Shown: in pieces, positions 8,634 through 18,603 of the stretch
How the letters are laid out: each line of letters opens with the position of its first letter
How positions within the stretch are numbered: the stretch's first letter is position 1
IMG/VR virus record: IMGVR_UViG_3300045806_000066
Span: 1 to 62,339 of that record
Reading direction: 5' to 3' (one strand)
DNA length: 62,339 nucleotides
From: a virus
Taxonomy: Duplodnaviria; Caudoviricetes
Notes under the pieces: model-generated
Databases searched by the model: none
Told to the model about the DNA's origin: nothing
What the model saw: the letters and a program-made list of their open reading frames with translations, nothing else
Translations under genes and position numbers: made by a program

Positions 8634-9332
8634 CTAGGAGTCGCCGCCGACGCTGACGTGCGAACGGATGCCGCACTGCTGCATCACCCGCTGGCGATAC
8701 CTGGAAGCCGATAGCGAGGTCGAGCGCATCATTGGCAGCACGATGTGCCGCATGGCGTACTCGCGCTCCTCGGTGAAGTGCTCCATCTCGCGGTCCTCGA
8801 TCGCTTTCTGCTCGTTGAGGAAGTTCTGCATCGCCGCTTCCGGCTTCACCCCGTCGCGCTTGTTCATGTTCCACTCGTACCGCTCGATCAACTCGCGGAG
8901 GTACTTGACCGGCGGCATCTGCTTCCATGGACCGCGCATCATCCAGTAGCCACCCTCGGACGGATACGGTCCCATGACGGCGAGCCCGGTCTTCTGGTCC
9001 TTGTTCGCCTCCCACTCGTCGCGCCCGCCAAACTCGGATGCCGGAAACCACTGCTCCAGAATCCAGCCCTTGACCGGGTACAGCGGAACTTCGCGGATGC
9101 CGGTCACCGTCTTGGTCACCGTCGGCGGCCGTGGAATCTCGTTGCCGCTGGCATCCACCAGCAGAGCATTATCGTTCTCGTCCACGTCGGTCCACGTTCC
9201 GCCCCGAATGACGGTGTGGCGCTCGGCCTGGATCAGCCGCCAGTTGGGCAGGCCATAGGGATTCTTGCCACCATACCGCAGGAGCTCCGAAGTCACCGCG
9301 GATGGGGTGTAGAGTAAAGCTGAATCTGTCAT
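8634..9332 (-). CDS. Hypothetical phage protein
   Basis: Trp-rich ORF (GGKNPYGLPNWRL, GPYPSEGGY). Probable start MTDSA has GAGG upstream. Confidence 0.7.
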   Translation of the reverse strand: MTDSALLYTPSAVTSELLRYGGKNPYGLPNWRLIQAERHTVIRGGTWTDVDENDNALLVDASGNEIPRPPTVTKTVTGIREVPLYPVKGWILEQWFPASEFGGRDEWEANKDQKTGLAVMGPYPSEGGYWMMRGPWKQMPPVKYLRELIERYEWNMNKRDGVKPEAAMQNFLNEQKAIEDREMEHFTEEREYAMRHIVLPMMRSTSLSASRYRQRVMQQCGIRSHVSVGGDS

Positions 9333-9360
9333 AGTAGAATTTTCCTCAAAGGAGAAAAGG

Positions 9361-9754
9361 ATGAGCAATTTAACGGATCATGCCGAACGTGAACTTCGGG
9401 CAGCAGGTCTATTTGATGAAGATTCCGATTACGGTGGAATGCTTCGGGGAAGCGGTGTTGGAACTTGTGAAGGTCTTTGCCGCTCAAGGGCACAGCGGCT
9501 TTTCTGCTGGCATGACACTTCATCTGTTCCAGAAAGTTGCTAGTTTCAAATTGCTCGGGCCGCTGCCAAATCCTACCCTGACCGGCGAGTACATTGACCA
9601 CACCGATATCTCTGGCGGTCATCCGACATGGCAATCTACGCGCCTCAATTCAGTCTTTAGCATGGACAATGGCAAAACGTGGTATGACCTCGATAAGAAG
9701 ATCCCGTGGTGGAAACGCATCTTCGGCGTAAAGCTATCGTACTTAACGTTCTAG
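9361..9754 (+). pseudogene. Frameshifted conserved phage hypothetical gene, opposite strand to the operon
   Basis: MSNLTDHAERELRAAGLFDEDSDYGGML continues in the +1 frame as GEAVLELVKVFAAQGHSGFSA. There is one extra base at about 9444, and a strong AAGGAG RBS. Confidence 0.75.
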
Positions 9755-9802
9755 GAATCTGCGCGGGCCAGCCCAAAGGCCAGCCCGCCACAGGGTTGAT
9801 GG

Positions 9803-11101
9803 TTAATTGGCGAGCGATCCAGGGATATTCAATCCAAAGATTACACCCGAGGCCCAGGAGTTCCGAGAGCCATAGTTGACCGCATCGTAAAAATACGCAT
9901 CGTTTTGCGTGGTGTGGAAGTTGCCGGAGATGCGCGGCCAGTACATGCCGTTGAGCGGACCGGGAAGCATCTGCGGCCCCTTGTGGAAGCGGCACCGCAC
10001 CAGAACCTTCTGGTCGATGAAGTACACCTTGTCGATCGCGGCCACGGAGTCCAGAACGCACTCGAAGCCGGCAATGTTCTTCGGGCTGTTGGGCGAGGGT
10101 ACGCCGTCGAAGCTCGAAGCCTTGCCGTTGCTCAGGGTGTTCATCTGGATAGCGAAGCCGTTGGCTTCCCATGCATACCACTGCGCGGGATGGGTGTACC
10201 AGAAGTTCTTGGCCGCCTCGGACGTGAAGGTTTCCACGCCGCGCGCCTGCTGCATACGCACCAAGAACGATTGCACGGAGCCCAGGGTCAGCGGGGCGCC
10301 GTTGGCGTTGAATGCCGGGCTCTGGGTATAGCTCAGGGCGCGGTTCATGCCGTACAGTTCGCCGGTCGCCGAGGGATTGATGATGTACTGCAGTCCCTGG
10401 AAGAACAGCGGAGTGCCGGCGGCCACGCCGTTGACGAAGATACCGTCGCCCGCCACGGTTCCGGCCGGGACTGCATCGAGGGTGATGGTGTCGGTCGCGC
10501 CCGCGGACACGGAGAGCTTGTCCTGGACGAAGGCCGAGCCGCGCAGGTTGTAGTTCGTGTCCATGACCTGAATGGTGTCGTGCGCGTCGATCAGCCGGGC
10601 GCCAAAGGAGCTGGTCGCCAGGGTAACCGGGTTCGCGCCGCCGCCCGCGTAGGCCGCATTGACCGTTGCGATCTGGCCGGTGTTGGAGCCCTGCAGAAGC
10701 ATGTTGCGCTTCTTCGCCATCTTCTTCTGCATGTCGTTGATGGCGCGGTCCACCGGGTTGACGATGGAAACGCTTGCGCCGGATTCGCCGATGCGCTTGG
10801 CGAGGTCGGTGAAGCTGGTTCCCACGATCAGTTCGACGGGGGTCATGCGGCCCTGGTCGTAGCTGGCTCCCAGGCCGGCCGAGTACGCGCCGCCGTCGGA
10901 GTTGAAGGCGCCGAACGAGCCGCCCATTTCCGTCTGCAGTGGCATACGGTAGGTGAGGAGCGAGGACTCGTCTTCCTTGCCCATCTGCGAAAACCGCTTG
11001 TCGAGGCCGGTTTCCACGTTTTCCAGAAGGTCAATCTCGCGGTTGATGGTTTCGAGCATCAGCGATTCGTTCTGCGCTGCACTTCCAAAATTAACTGGCA
11101 T
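9803..11101 (-). CDS. Major capsid protein (HK97 fold inferred)
   Basis: 432 aa after portal and scaffold, strong codon bias, GLQYII and ELYGMNR motifs, GAGG RBS, followed by a GC hairpin. Confidence 0.85.
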   Translation of the reverse strand: MPVNFGSAAQNESLMLETINREIDLLENVETGLDKRFSQMGKEDESSLLTYRMPLQTEMGGSFGAFNSDGGAYSAGLGASYDQGRMTPVELIVGTSFTDLAKRIGESGASVSIVNPVDRAINDMQKKMAKKRNMLLQGSNTGQIATVNAAYAGGGANPVTLATSSFGARLIDAHDTIQVMDTNYNLRGSAFVQDKLSVSAGATDTITLDAVPAGTVAGDGIFVNGVAAGTPLFFQGLQYIINPSATGELYGMNRALSYTQSPAFNANGAPLTLGSVQSFLVRMQQARGVETFTSEAAKNFWYTHPAQWYAWEANGFAIQMNTLSNGKASSFDGVPSPNSPKNIAGFECVLDSVAAIDKVYFIDQKVLVRCRFHKGPQMLPGPLNGMYWPRISGNFHTTQNDAYFYDAVNYGSRNSWASGVIFGLNIPGSLAN

Positions 11102-11279
11102 GGTGAAAATTCCTCGGTCCCATCGGGGACCAGTTGCGAATCTCCTGTTGTCTCACCCGCTCAAGCGGGCGGCCTATAGTTGCTACGTGTGGTGATCGCT
11201 CGATCTGCCTGCACACCTTGTCCTAACGCTGGCCGGGGTCAGCGATTACCCGGCTGGGAGTGTGGAGTTGTCGAGACAA

Positions 11280-12878
11280 TTACCGCTGGCGAAGCTGACG
11301 TGCGCGTGTCATTACCCGCAGGTTCTTTTCTGCGGTGTCGAGAAATTCACCTTTGGCCGCCAGTTCGGCGTCCACCAGACGGCGGGCCTCGGTGACGGAG
11401 GTCTCCAGCGTCCAGCTCGTCGGCGTCGGCGAAGATCCGTTGGCGCGCGGTTCCGTGGAGACGTTGGCGGTGTCGGGCTTCTTGTTCTGCACTTCGAGGT
11501 CGGCTTTCAGTTTGGCGCTGACCGTGCGCAGTTCGCCCTTAATGAGCTTGGGCAGCATGGCCTGGTACAGTTTGTCCTCGTAGTCCACGCGACGCTTGAG
11601 GTTCTCCGGCGTCGGCGGGAGCTGTTCGAGGGACACGCGATCCCGCAGAATCTTGGCGTCCTTGCCGGTGATCTCCTTAAACTGAGTGACCACGCGCGTC
11701 ACAAATTGCGGCGCCGTCTTGCCGTCCGGGGAGTCCAGCAGGTACGACGGGATATGAACGCCAGCCTCGCGCAGAGGTTTCAGCGTGGAATCGAATACGC
11801 CTTTGATGCGCCCCCCGATTTCCTTGTTGAACGCCTGGTAGTGCGCGGCCTTCGCGGCGGCTTGCTCTTGGGCGCTCTGTCCGGTCTGTTTGCCGTTCAA
11901 TGCTTCCTCGCGCGCCTTGAGGTCGGCTTCTCGCTTTTCGATCTGCGCGCGGACTTCGGGCGGCAGGGCGCTCAGGTCTGGTCCGGTCTGGATCTCTCCG
12001 GTGTCCTGCTTCAAGAACTCGTAGGCCAGCTTGCGGTTCTCATCAGCTTCGCGGGCTTCCGGGGTGGCGTACTGGTTGGCGGCCAGGCGTTCGGCAATCT
12101 CGGCCATGGCACCATCGAACAGCCGGCCCTTGAATGTGTCGGCGAAGGCGTAATAGTCGGCCGCCAGCTTCGGGACACCGTTTTCGAGCACTGGCTTGCC
12201 GTCTGCGTCCACGATCTTGAACTGATCGACGAACGACTCGAACGCACCATTCATGTCCGCCGGCGTCTGCGCGGTCTCGAACTTGGTGCGCAGCGCAACG
12301 TACTCGTTGGCAGTTTTGGCGGCAAAGCGTCCGGAGTCGGCGTCTGGGAAGATGTCGGCAAACTCTTTCAGCTCGGCATTCTCGCGCGCCATTTTGAACA
12401 GCGCGCCCTTGGCCTTGGGATCGGCGGCCAGCGCGTCCTGCAGTGCCTTGTTGGTGCCCAGCATCTCGCTCAGGGCTTGCGGGGTGATGGAAGTATGCTC
12501 TTCGAGGGGATCGCCTCCAGCTTCAAAGTCAGGCGCGGCAGCATCGGCCTTGGCCGGTTCCTCGACCTTGGCGGGATCAGCTACGGCATCTCCGGGCGCG
12601 GCAACGGCGTCTGCAGGCTTGGCCGCCTCTTCACCATCGGGATGCTCGGCTGCGTACTTGGCCTTGGCGGCGCGATACTCGGCGAACTGGTCGCCAGTGA
12701 AGTTCTTGGGGTCGGGCGGCTGGCTGACGCTGGTCGAAGGGGCAGCGGCAGGCGTGGCAGCAGGGGCCGAAGGTGCAGCTGCGGGGACTGCCGGGGTGCT
12801 GACGGGTGCTGGCGCGGCAGCGGGCGCGGCTACGGGTGGCGCGGCGGCGGCGCTGGGGACTACAGAATTTGTGCTCAT
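11280..12878 (-). CDS. Capsid scaffolding protein (putative)
   Basis: Ala/Pro-rich N-terminus and a charged helical body, immediately upstream of the major capsid gene. Confidence 0.65.
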   Translation of the reverse strand: MSTNSVVPSAAAAPPVAAPAAAPAPVSTPAVPAAAPSAPAATPAAAPSTSVSQPPDPKNFTGDQFAEYRAAKAKYAAEHPDGEEAAKPADAVAAPGDAVADPAKVEEPAKADAAAPDFEAGGDPLEEHTSITPQALSEMLGTNKALQDALAADPKAKGALFKMARENAELKEFADIFPDADSGRFAAKTANEYVALRTKFETAQTPADMNGAFESFVDQFKIVDADGKPVLENGVPKLAADYYAFADTFKGRLFDGAMAEIAERLAANQYATPEAREADENRKLAYEFLKQDTGEIQTGPDLSALPPEVRAQIEKREADLKAREEALNGKQTGQSAQEQAAAKAAHYQAFNKEIGGRIKGVFDSTLKPLREAGVHIPSYLLDSPDGKTAPQFVTRVVTQFKEITGKDAKILRDRVSLEQLPPTPENLKRRVDYEDKLYQAMLPKLIKGELRTVSAKLKADLEVQNKKPDTANVSTEPRANGSSPTPTSWTLETSVTEARRLVDAELAAKGEFLDTAEKNLRVMTRARQLRQR

Positions 12879-12897
12879 GGTTTCCTTTGGGCAATAG

Positions 12898-12922
12898 AAA
12901 AGGCCGCCGGTTAAGGCGACCT
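12898..12922 (-). terminator. Terminator-like hairpin
   Basis: AGGTCGCC-TTAACC-GGCGGCCT-TTT on the minus strand. Confidence 0.55.
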
Positions 12923-12948
12923 TCCGAAGTTATAAATCTGGCGCTGGG

Positions 12949-13500
12949 TTACTGGACGGTCGGCTTCTCGGTGGCTTCAGCCTCGGGCTCCGCTGCGGCC
13001 GCCGTGGCTTCCTTGGCCTTCTGCTCGTCGGCTTTCATGTTCTCGATGAAAGATTCTTCGGCTTCTTTTAAGCCGGGAATTTCCGCATAATCCTTGGCAG
13101 TCGGTGCAGGTCCGGTGCCGGTTACCGAATTGCCGTCGGCGTACTGCTTGGTCTCGTGGATGGCCTGGTTCTCGTTGGTTTTTGTTCCCGGAAGCGCCAC
13201 ACCTGGATCGGCATCCATATTGAACTGTGCCATCTCTTCTGGAGTGGCTTTCCGTATGACCTCTATCACAACATCGGTACGCCAGCCCCGATTCGCTCCC
13301 TTTTCCATCGGCTTCACGTCGAAGTCCACCAGCGTAGCCTTGGCGACGTTGCCTGCGGTCAGCATCTGCCCCGCAATGTCCTTGTTGGGGTAGCAGACGG
13401 TCAGGTGCTCGACGCCTTCAATCTCGCGGGCTCCGAGCACGATCGCGTTCATCTCTTCGCCGTTACGGATGTAGCGGCAGGTATCTCCAAATTTATGCAT
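12949..13500 (-). CDS. Hypothetical protein
   Basis: 183 aa, GGAGG RBS, between portal and scaffold. Confidence 0.7.
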   Translation of the reverse strand: MHKFGDTCRYIRNGEEMNAIVLGAREIEGVEHLTVCYPNKDIAGQMLTAGNVAKATLVDFDVKPMEKGANRGWRTDVVIEVIRKATPEEMAQFNMDADPGVALPGTKTNENQAIHETKQYADGNSVTGTGPAPTAKDYAEIPGLKEAEESFIENMKADEQKAKEATAAAAEPEAEATEKPTVQ

Positions 13501-13515
13501 TTTGTTCCTCCGAAG

Positions 13516-16080
13516 TTATTTTCCCGCCGTGGCGGTCTTTACGGCTGCGTCCATGATGATCTTACCAGCAGACACGTTTGCCGTTCCCGCCCCTTTCGGG
13601 AGGGGTGGCATGGTCGAGATTAGGGTGAGAGCCTGTGCGGCTTCTGCGGCATCCTGCAATATCTTCGCCTGAGCCTGCTGCATCGCCGGATCTGCAGGCG
13701 GCGCTCCTGCTTGCTGCACCTTCATCTTGCGGCCAGCGTCCTTGGCAGCCTTCTCCATCTCGTCCTGCTCGAGTTGGTCGTAATAGAGTCCGAGATTCGT
13801 CCAGCCAGCGGGATTACTCGCGGCCAGATCGCAATTTTCCTGCGCGAACAGGTTGACGGTATCCTTGGCGACCACATAGTTCGTGAACCGCGATGGCACC
13901 ACGGGCGGCATCATGCCGGCCACGCCGGGCTGACCAGTCTGCGGATCGACGCCCATCTGCGGGATGCCGGGTTCCTTGAGCAGCCGTGCAATGTCCTGCA
14001 AGGTGGCCGACCGCTGCGCGCCGCCGGGCATGACTGCGCCCTGTACGCCCAGGACGGTGATCGCCATCTCCTGGTTGATCGGCACCTGCATGAACTCGGC
14101 GTAGAGCTGGTTCTCGCCCATCTTGTCGATCATGTTTTGCCAGAACTCGCGCACGGCTTCCGGCGATTGCGGCAGTCCCTGATCAATATCCGGGTAGACG
14201 CGAATCCGGCCCGTCATGTCCTCCATGCGAACGTAGTTGTTGCGGAACTCGCTTCCGTTCTCCTGAATCACGCTCCACATATCGCCCGCGAGTTTCATGT
14301 TGGCCTGTAGGCACTCGATAGCGTTCTGACTGGCGGCGGCGTGCTCCTCCTTCAGATTCTCCCAGTAGATGCCGAGCTTGGCGTTGGCCTGGTCGAGTTG
14401 CTGCTTCTGGCCTCCGGCCGTTTCGACACCCTTGGTCGTGCCAGTGCCGAACACTTCCGGGGTGATGCCGCAGATGCTCTGGGCAAACTGCATTAGGCTC
14501 GGAAGGTACTGATAAATGGCCGGGTCGAGCGGCGACTGGTGCTGGTAGATCGCGCTCTGCAGCGGCATATCGCCCTGCTCACTCTTGCTCGGCACCGTGT
14601 TCCAGACGCCAGGCAGCATCCGCTTGCCGCTCAGTTCTCGCATATCGAGGCGGCGGCCATCTACCAGCACCATGCCCGCGGCGTTGCGCTGCATGTGGTC
14701 GTCGATGATGTTGCTCGCATCGTTGAATCGAATATTAAACGGCACCACGTTATCGGCGATGGCCGGCGGGTACATGCCTACGCCCTCGTGCAGCAGGCAG
14801 CAGGACCATTCCTTCGTCAGTACCGCGGCCTTGATCTGCAGAACGGCGGGGCCGACCATCGAAACCTTGAACCCCTCGGGGTAGGCTTTCAAAAGGCGCG
14901 CGAGGAGCGAATTCGGGTCTTTCGGGTCGCCCTGGAGACGGTAGTAGGCGAACGGTTGCGCCCAGCCTTCCGAGTAGGTCGGGTTCTGCGAGGCGATATC
15001 GGTGGTCGTGTTGCCAACCTTGGAGCTCACCATCGTCCGGACCAGCCGCTCATAGCTGGCATTGCGGTTGGTCGAGGACTCGGCGCCCTCGGTAATCTTG
15101 GCGATCTCCGTGGGGAACGTCATGCGCAGCGCGCCCACGTCCACTTCCATCTCTTTGACGAGGATGGGTGTATCGGCCAGGGTCTGGGCCTTCGGGTCGC
15201 AATCGACCTGCATAGGACCGTAGACGCTCCACTTCGGCATCCCAAGGGGCTGTTTCGCGGTCACGGGCACAGATTGAATGTCGGTGCCGCCCTCGTAGTA
15301 GTCCTCGGAGCCGAACTGCGCACCGCATTTGCCACATGCGGGGCTATCAAGGTCGGCATCCGTGGTCGAGGTATCGGCTCCGCACTCCGAGCAGTGGAAG
15401 TGGTCTGGAATCTGAATTTCTTGGTCTTCCAGCGTGGTGACGTTCTTGAATCCGGCCCAGTTGCCGTCGATTACGAAGCGGGTGTGCTTGAAATAGACGC
15501 CGTAGAGGTACAGCAACAGGTCTTCGTGGCGCACCATCGAGCGGATACGGTTCAGGCGCTCAATAATTCCGATGGCTTCCTGCGAAGCCTTGGCCGTGGT
15601 CGTGTCGGCGAGGTTCTCGGCGTTCTCGGGCCGTACCAGCGTCGGCGGAACTCCGCGCGAGAGTGCCGCAACGAAGCCAGTGCCGAACATCTGCGTGATG
15701 TTGTTGATGAACTTTTCCAGGTCAACGTCATCGGCGCCGTCATCGCTCGGGTTCTGCCGATACCATGCCAGCGCGTCCACGTAGGTATTCGAGCCCGCAT
15801 CCCAGCCTAGAATCTGGATGCCCTTGTACATCTGGACATTCTTGAGCCAGTTGGGAAAACGTAGCATCCGGTCCTGCGCCCAGCCTGCTCGGTAGGTGGT
15901 AAACAGGTTGACGATCTGCGCCTTATCGTCGTCGCTCCATCCGGCATCGGCCGCCTGCTGCTCCGCTGGCACCGTCTGAGGATGATCGAGTGAACTGTCG
16001 AGCGTAGAGTCATCCATCGCAGGAGCCGAAGACACTGGCTGGTTCGGCATGGCCGGGGTTGGAATCGTGGGGCTAGACAT
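13516..16080 (-). CDS. Portal protein (P22-like) with a Zn-ribbon insertion
   Basis: 854 aa at the expected position, with portal-like segments (FINNITQ..., QSICGITPEVFG...ETAGG) and an insert CSEC-x14-CGKC. Confidence 0.85.
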   Translation of the reverse strand: MSSPTIPTPAMPNQPVSSAPAMDDSTLDSSLDHPQTVPAEQQAADAGWSDDDKAQIVNLFTTYRAGWAQDRMLRFPNWLKNVQMYKGIQILGWDAGSNTYVDALAWYRQNPSDDGADDVDLEKFINNITQMFGTGFVAALSRGVPPTLVRPENAENLADTTTAKASQEAIGIIERLNRIRSMVRHEDLLLYLYGVYFKHTRFVIDGNWAGFKNVTTLEDQEIQIPDHFHCSECGADTSTTDADLDSPACGKCGAQFGSEDYYEGGTDIQSVPVTAKQPLGMPKWSVYGPMQVDCDPKAQTLADTPILVKEMEVDVGALRMTFPTEIAKITEGAESSTNRNASYERLVRTMVSSKVGNTTTDIASQNPTYSEGWAQPFAYYRLQGDPKDPNSLLARLLKAYPEGFKVSMVGPAVLQIKAAVLTKEWSCCLLHEGVGMYPPAIADNVVPFNIRFNDASNIIDDHMQRNAAGMVLVDGRRLDMRELSGKRMLPGVWNTVPSKSEQGDMPLQSAIYQHQSPLDPAIYQYLPSLMQFAQSICGITPEVFGTGTTKGVETAGGQKQQLDQANAKLGIYWENLKEEHAAASQNAIECLQANMKLAGDMWSVIQENGSEFRNNYVRMEDMTGRIRVYPDIDQGLPQSPEAVREFWQNMIDKMGENQLYAEFMQVPINQEMAITVLGVQGAVMPGGAQRSATLQDIARLLKEPGIPQMGVDPQTGQPGVAGMMPPVVPSRFTNYVVAKDTVNLFAQENCDLAASNPAGWTNLGLYYDQLEQDEMEKAAKDAGRKMKVQQAGAPPADPAMQQAQAKILQDAAEAAQALTLISTMPPLPKGAGTANVSAGKIIMDAAVKTATAGK

Positions 16081-16390
16081 TGTTGGCTTCTCTCATTTCG
16101 GGCGGAGGCGCGATCTGGCCGGATACTTGGACGGCGCGCGCTCGTTTTGCCATATCGGCAGTACACAGCGCGGCAATGTCGCTGGGGGTACGGCGGGACT
16201 TCATGGGCGGCTGTGCGGATGGTTTGGATGTGTCAACCATCTCTGCGGCGGTCAACGGCTTAACGCGCAGCGGCTGTGCGCCATGCGAGGTCAAGAGACG
16301 GTCGAGAAGGAGCGCGTTGGCGTTCTTCAGCTCCTCGACGCGCGCCGCCATGTCGTCATATCTTCCGCGGGACACCCAAGGGAAGCGCAT
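16073..16390 (-). CDS. Hypothetical protein
   Basis: 105 aa, overlaps the portal start. Confidence 0.6.
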   Translation of the reverse strand: MRFPWVSRGRYDDMAARVEELKNANALLLDRLLTSHGAQPLRVKPLTAAEMVDTSKPSAQPPMKSRRTPSDIAALCTADMAKRARAVQVSGQIAPPPEMREANNV

Positions 16391-16392
16391 CG

Positions 16393-16779
16393 CTATGCGA
16401 TCTCCGTCACAATGACCGCACTTGCAGCGCCGGACGATACGACCTTACAAAGCGGAAGCGCAGCAACGGCGCCGACACCGACCTGCACGCTCGGACCATT
16501 CGCGATGACATTGCCCTGCCCGGCATGAAAACTCGTATCGTCGTCGGGCGGGACCGCAATCGTGGCGTTGACCAGCAGGGGAACCGCTGGGCCAGCCGGG
16601 TTTCCACTGTTGAGCGGCGTCTGATCGGTTACCGACAACAATCCCCCCGGTACGTTCGCCGTTCCGTTGGCGAGGACGGTGGACTCGGTGATGGTATAGC
16701 GGCGAGTAGGCCAGGTTGCGAGGATTGTAAGTCCGCCTGCTCCGGCCGGTACATTCAGAATTCGAGTTCTTGAGGCCAT
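16393..16779 (-). CDS. Small beta-rich structural protein
   Basis: 128 aa, rich in G/A/V/T, GGGAG RBS. Confidence 0.6.
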   Translation of the reverse strand: MASRTRILNVPAGAGGLTILATWPTRRYTITESTVLANGTANVPGGLLSVTDQTPLNSGNPAGPAVPLLVNATIAVPPDDDTSFHAGQGNVIANGPSVQVGVGAVAALPLCKVVSSGAASAVIVTEIA

Positions 16780-16791
16780 ATTTCTCCCAAC

Positions 16792-16811
16792 AAAAAACCC
16801 TCCTGAGAGGG
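16792..16811 (-). terminator. Intrinsic terminator
   Basis: GCCCTC-TCAG-GAGGGT-TTTTT on the minus strand, closing the signal-peptide cluster. Confidence 0.7.
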
Positions 16812-16839
16812 CGGAATATCTTTCCGATATGTTTACGAC

Positions 16840-18603
16840 TTAGTTCACAATTGCGATCAATCCTGTTGGCGGCAAGGGTGCGCCGCTTGGTGTCACGTAC
16901 TGATAGGCTCCCGCGTCCCACCGGGAGGTGCGCGCTACGCTGTTTTTGTCGCTGCACAGCCCAGCGGTCAGGCCGCTGCACAGTCCGTTCAGGTTGGCCC
17001 CCAGGTTATAGGCGCTGCTTCCGGTGGTCTGTATCTGGTATGCGCCGCTCAGCGCCGGGTCAACCGTGCTCGACGCCGCATCATAGCCGTACGTTCCCGT
17101 CCACGTCGAGTAGTTATAGAACGCCGTTCCGTCTCCGCTAGCCATCTGCGGGGAACTCGCCCACACGTTGTTATTCACTCCTGAGGTGGATACGTCCGAT
17201 AGCAGCGTGCCGTAGTCGTGCAGGCCGTACTTGACGCCCTCGATGATGTTGTTCTGAATCTTGGGCTGGCAGGCACCCGAGGTAATCGCCCCGGTGCCGA
17301 GAGTGATGGCCGAGTCATTGGATTTCCCGATGATCGTATTGTTATAGATGGTCGAGCAGGAGTTGCCCGTACCCACCCAGAACACTCCCGGCAGCGGACT
17401 GCCGGTATTCACCAGCAGGTTGTTGTACATGTCGCAAGTGGCGTTTTGTGCGCAGTAAAGGAAAGCCGTGGGCGAGCCGACGCCTAGATCGCCGTAGATG
17501 TAATTGTTGTACATTGAGACGGTGACGGTTGGGCTGCTGGCACCGAAGTTGAAGACGACGATCCCGTCCTGGTGCAGCGTGCCCGTTGGGAATTGCCAGT
17601 TCGTCCAGTTGGTGATCGTATTATTGAAGAACTGTGCCCCGGAAATGGTATCGTTAGAGCTCCCACCCGCGGCAATCCCCCAGTCGATATCGCTGATGTT
17701 GTTGTAGCTGACAGCGATGGCCGAGGCGTCCTGATTGGTGTCGGCGGAGAACAAGACGCCGGTCTTGCACTGCGAGACCGTGTTACCTGTCACCACCGAA
17801 CCCGTCGCGGCCCCGAAGAATGCAATGCAGGCGGTGTTCGCTCCATTGATGTCGGTCGCCCCGCTGCTCGATCCGGCGTTGATGTAGATGTTCTTGATCG
17901 TCAGGTTTTCTACCGTACAGTGGGTACAGTTGTCGCCTTCGACACCATAACTCTGTTGCTCGGTGGAGAGCCCGCTGCCGTTGCCTGAGTTCTGGATGGT
18001 GCCCACGCCCACGCCTAGCCCGTCCACGACGATGTAGCTCAACCCGCTTCCGAGATAGATCGCTCCATGCGTGCCGCTGGCGTATGGACTGGTGATCGTG
18101 AAACCCTCCGTGCAGGCCCGCAGGGTGATCGGGTTGCCGCTAGTTCCGGACTGCGCGAAGGACAGCAGGGAAGCGCCAGCCGCGAGACTGAATGACCCGC
18201 CGATGTAGGTGGTGTCTCCGGGCGCAAATGTGGTCGAGTTGAATGTTGCCGGAGTGATGGCCGTCACGCCTGAGCCATTGCAGGTCTGCGCTCCCGCAGC
18301 GGGGAAAACGTAGCGGTTCGCCGCCAGCACGGGCGCGGTGAGCAAAACAAACAGCAGCAGCGCGGGCAGGGTCATGGCGGCGGCTAGATTGTCGTAGCTG
18401 CGGCGCAGTTTGCGGTGGGAGTTTTTCTCGTGCAGGCAACTTTGCATGATTTCTTCCTGCTCCTTGGGTGTTAGCTGTTGCAACGCCTTTTCGCAGTCCA
18501 GAATCGCGATGATGCCACTCTCCCCCACCCACACCTTCCCAGTGCTGCGGGCTTTCAGATAGCAGTAGCGCATCATCTTCGGCCAAACATCGTAGCGAGT
18601 CAC
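16840..18603 (-). CDS. Right-handed parallel beta-helix protein (pectin-lyase-like/depolymerase) with an internal signal peptide
   Basis: Repeating NNxI turns, HQDGI, and a C-terminal WDAGAYQY...PLPPTGL. MTLPALLLFVLLTAPVLA begins at 18375. GTG at 18603 overlaps the upstream stop. Confidence 0.8.
   Translation of the reverse strand: MTRYDVWPKMMRYCYLKARSTGKVWVGESGIIAILDCEKALQQLTPKEQEEIMQSCLHEKNSHRKLRRSYDNLAAAMTLPALLLFVLLTAPVLAANRYVFPAAGAQTCNGSGVTAITPATFNSTTFAPGDTTYIGGSFSLAAGASLLSFAQSGTSGNPITLRACTEGFTITSPYASGTHGAIYLGSGLSYIVVDGLGVGVGTIQNSGNGSGLSTEQQSYGVEGDNCTHCTVENLTIKNIYINAGSSSGATDINGANTACIAFFGAATGSVVTGNTVSQCKTGVLFSADTNQDASAIAVSYNNISDIDWGIAAGGSSNDTISGAQFFNNTITNWTNWQFPTGTLHQDGIVVFNFGASSPTVTVSMYNNYIYGDLGVGSPTAFLYCAQNATCDMYNNLLVNTGSPLPGVFWVGTGNSCSTIYNNTIIGKSNDSAITLGTGAITSGACQPKIQNNIIEGVKYGLHDYGTLLSDVSTSGVNNNVWASSPQMASGDGTAFYNYSTWTGTYGYDAASSTVDPALSGAYQIQTTGSSAYNLGANLNGLCSGLTAGLCSDKNSVARTSRWDAGAYQYVTPSGAPLPPTGLIAIVN

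Noticed and set aside
11225-11260. HDV-like ribozyme or H-type pseudoknot in the capsid leader
   Set aside because: There is no linker between the two 3' strands and no P3/P1.1 pattern; kept only as competing helices.
9905-15810. Long plus-strand ORFs (424, 550 and 423 aa) opposite the capsid, scaffold and portal genes
   Set aside because: Antisense shadows expected from GC-rich codon bias; no motifs and no protein-like composition.
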